Shown here in pieces: positions 63,522 to 64,000 of a stretch of 64,000 nt of DNA; position 1 is the first letter of the stretch, and every line of letters starts with the position of its first letter. Both the position numbers and the translations under genes were made by a program. Origin of the DNA: an uncultured bacterium (lineage in GTDB: Bacteria; Krumholzibacteriota; Krumholzibacteriia; JACNKJ01); NCBI GenBank assembly GCA_963695095.1, contig CAVOFT010000001.1, positions 1,952,001 to 2,016,000 on the forward strand, in the 5' to 3' direction. Below the pieces are notes generated by a model. That model was not told where the DNA came from, searched no databases, and saw nothing but the letters and a program-made list of their open reading frames with translations.

Positions 63522-64000
63522 CGGCCCTGTTCCTCCTCGGCGATGTGGGTCGCAGCGGCCAGCAGATCCCCGCAGACTTGCGCGCCGGCGCCGCCGCCGG
63601 CGGCCTGTGTGGCCATGCCCTGCCCGCTGAGCACCAGCACGGGCTTGAGCCCGGCCGCCGTGGCGAGAGCGATATCCTCCGCCTTGTCGCCGATCATCCA
63701 GCTGCCGGCCAGCTCGAGGTCCAGATCGCGCGCCGCGCGCCGCAGCAGGCCCGGCTTGGGCTTGCGACAATCGCAATCCTGTCGGTAAGCGGCCACGCTG
63801 CCCTGCGGATGGTGCGGGCAATAGTAGGCGCCATCCAGGCCGAGTCCGGCTGCAGCCAGCAGGGCGGCCAGGCGGGCTTGCACGGCGGCGAGTTCCGGCT
63901 CCCCGAAGCGGCCGCGGGCGATGCCCGATTGGTTGCTGACGAGCACGAGCGCCAGGTCCAGCTCGCGCAGGCGGCGCAAGGCGGGCAGGGTCCAGGCGAA
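63518..64000 (-). CDS. gmhB: D,D-heptose-1,7-bisphosphate phosphatase; 5' truncated by window edge
   Basis: VSNQSGIARG, YYCPHHP, CDCRKPKPG, MIGDK. Confidence 0.9.
   Translation of the reverse strand, partial: FAWTLPALRRLRELDLALVLVSNQSGIARGRFGEPELAAVQARLAALLAAAGLGLDGAYYCPHHPQGSVAAYRQDCDCRKPKPGLLRRAARDLDLELAGSWMIGDKAEDIALATAAGLKPVLVLSGQGMATQAAGGGAGAQVCGDLLAAATHIAEEEQGR

Overview
This is high-GC, Gram-negative (LPS/LptE) bacterial core chromosome. A FlgD-Ig-type C-terminal domain suggests an FCB-group candidate lineage such as Krumholzibacteriota, Latescibacterota or Eisenbacteria; that is inference, not verified. The window appears to span the replication terminus: a near-canonical XerCD dif site lies at 8798-8825, and gene and tRNA orientation converges around it. 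Content in order: secreted hydrolase, surE-pcm-tRNA-Pro-sigma70 factor-tRNA-Arg; a PDZ/membrane/SpoIIE phosphatase; fadD; holA-lptE-sigma54 regulator-nucleotide sugar enzymes; recN-nadK-tlyA-dxs-ispA-folD-ymdB-6S-zapA-zapB-pheT-pheS-rplT-rpmI-infC-thrS; a stand-alone ClpB-D2 ATPase and dnaK; tRNA Gly-Cys-Leu; glgA-galT; a large Wzy-type polysaccharide locus with an ExeA-like ATPase; and LPS core genes. Seven genes, including thrS, holA and lptE, each carry one extra base, almost certainly assembly errors. The least explained segment is 3300-4875. There the sigma factor's stop codon lies inside tRNA-Arg, followed by an unannotated ~120-nt rod-like RNA with a consensus sigma70 promoter and a 17-codon hydrophobic peptide gene with a sigma54-type promoter, strong RBS and its own terminator. 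No CRISPR array, transposase or prophage was seen.
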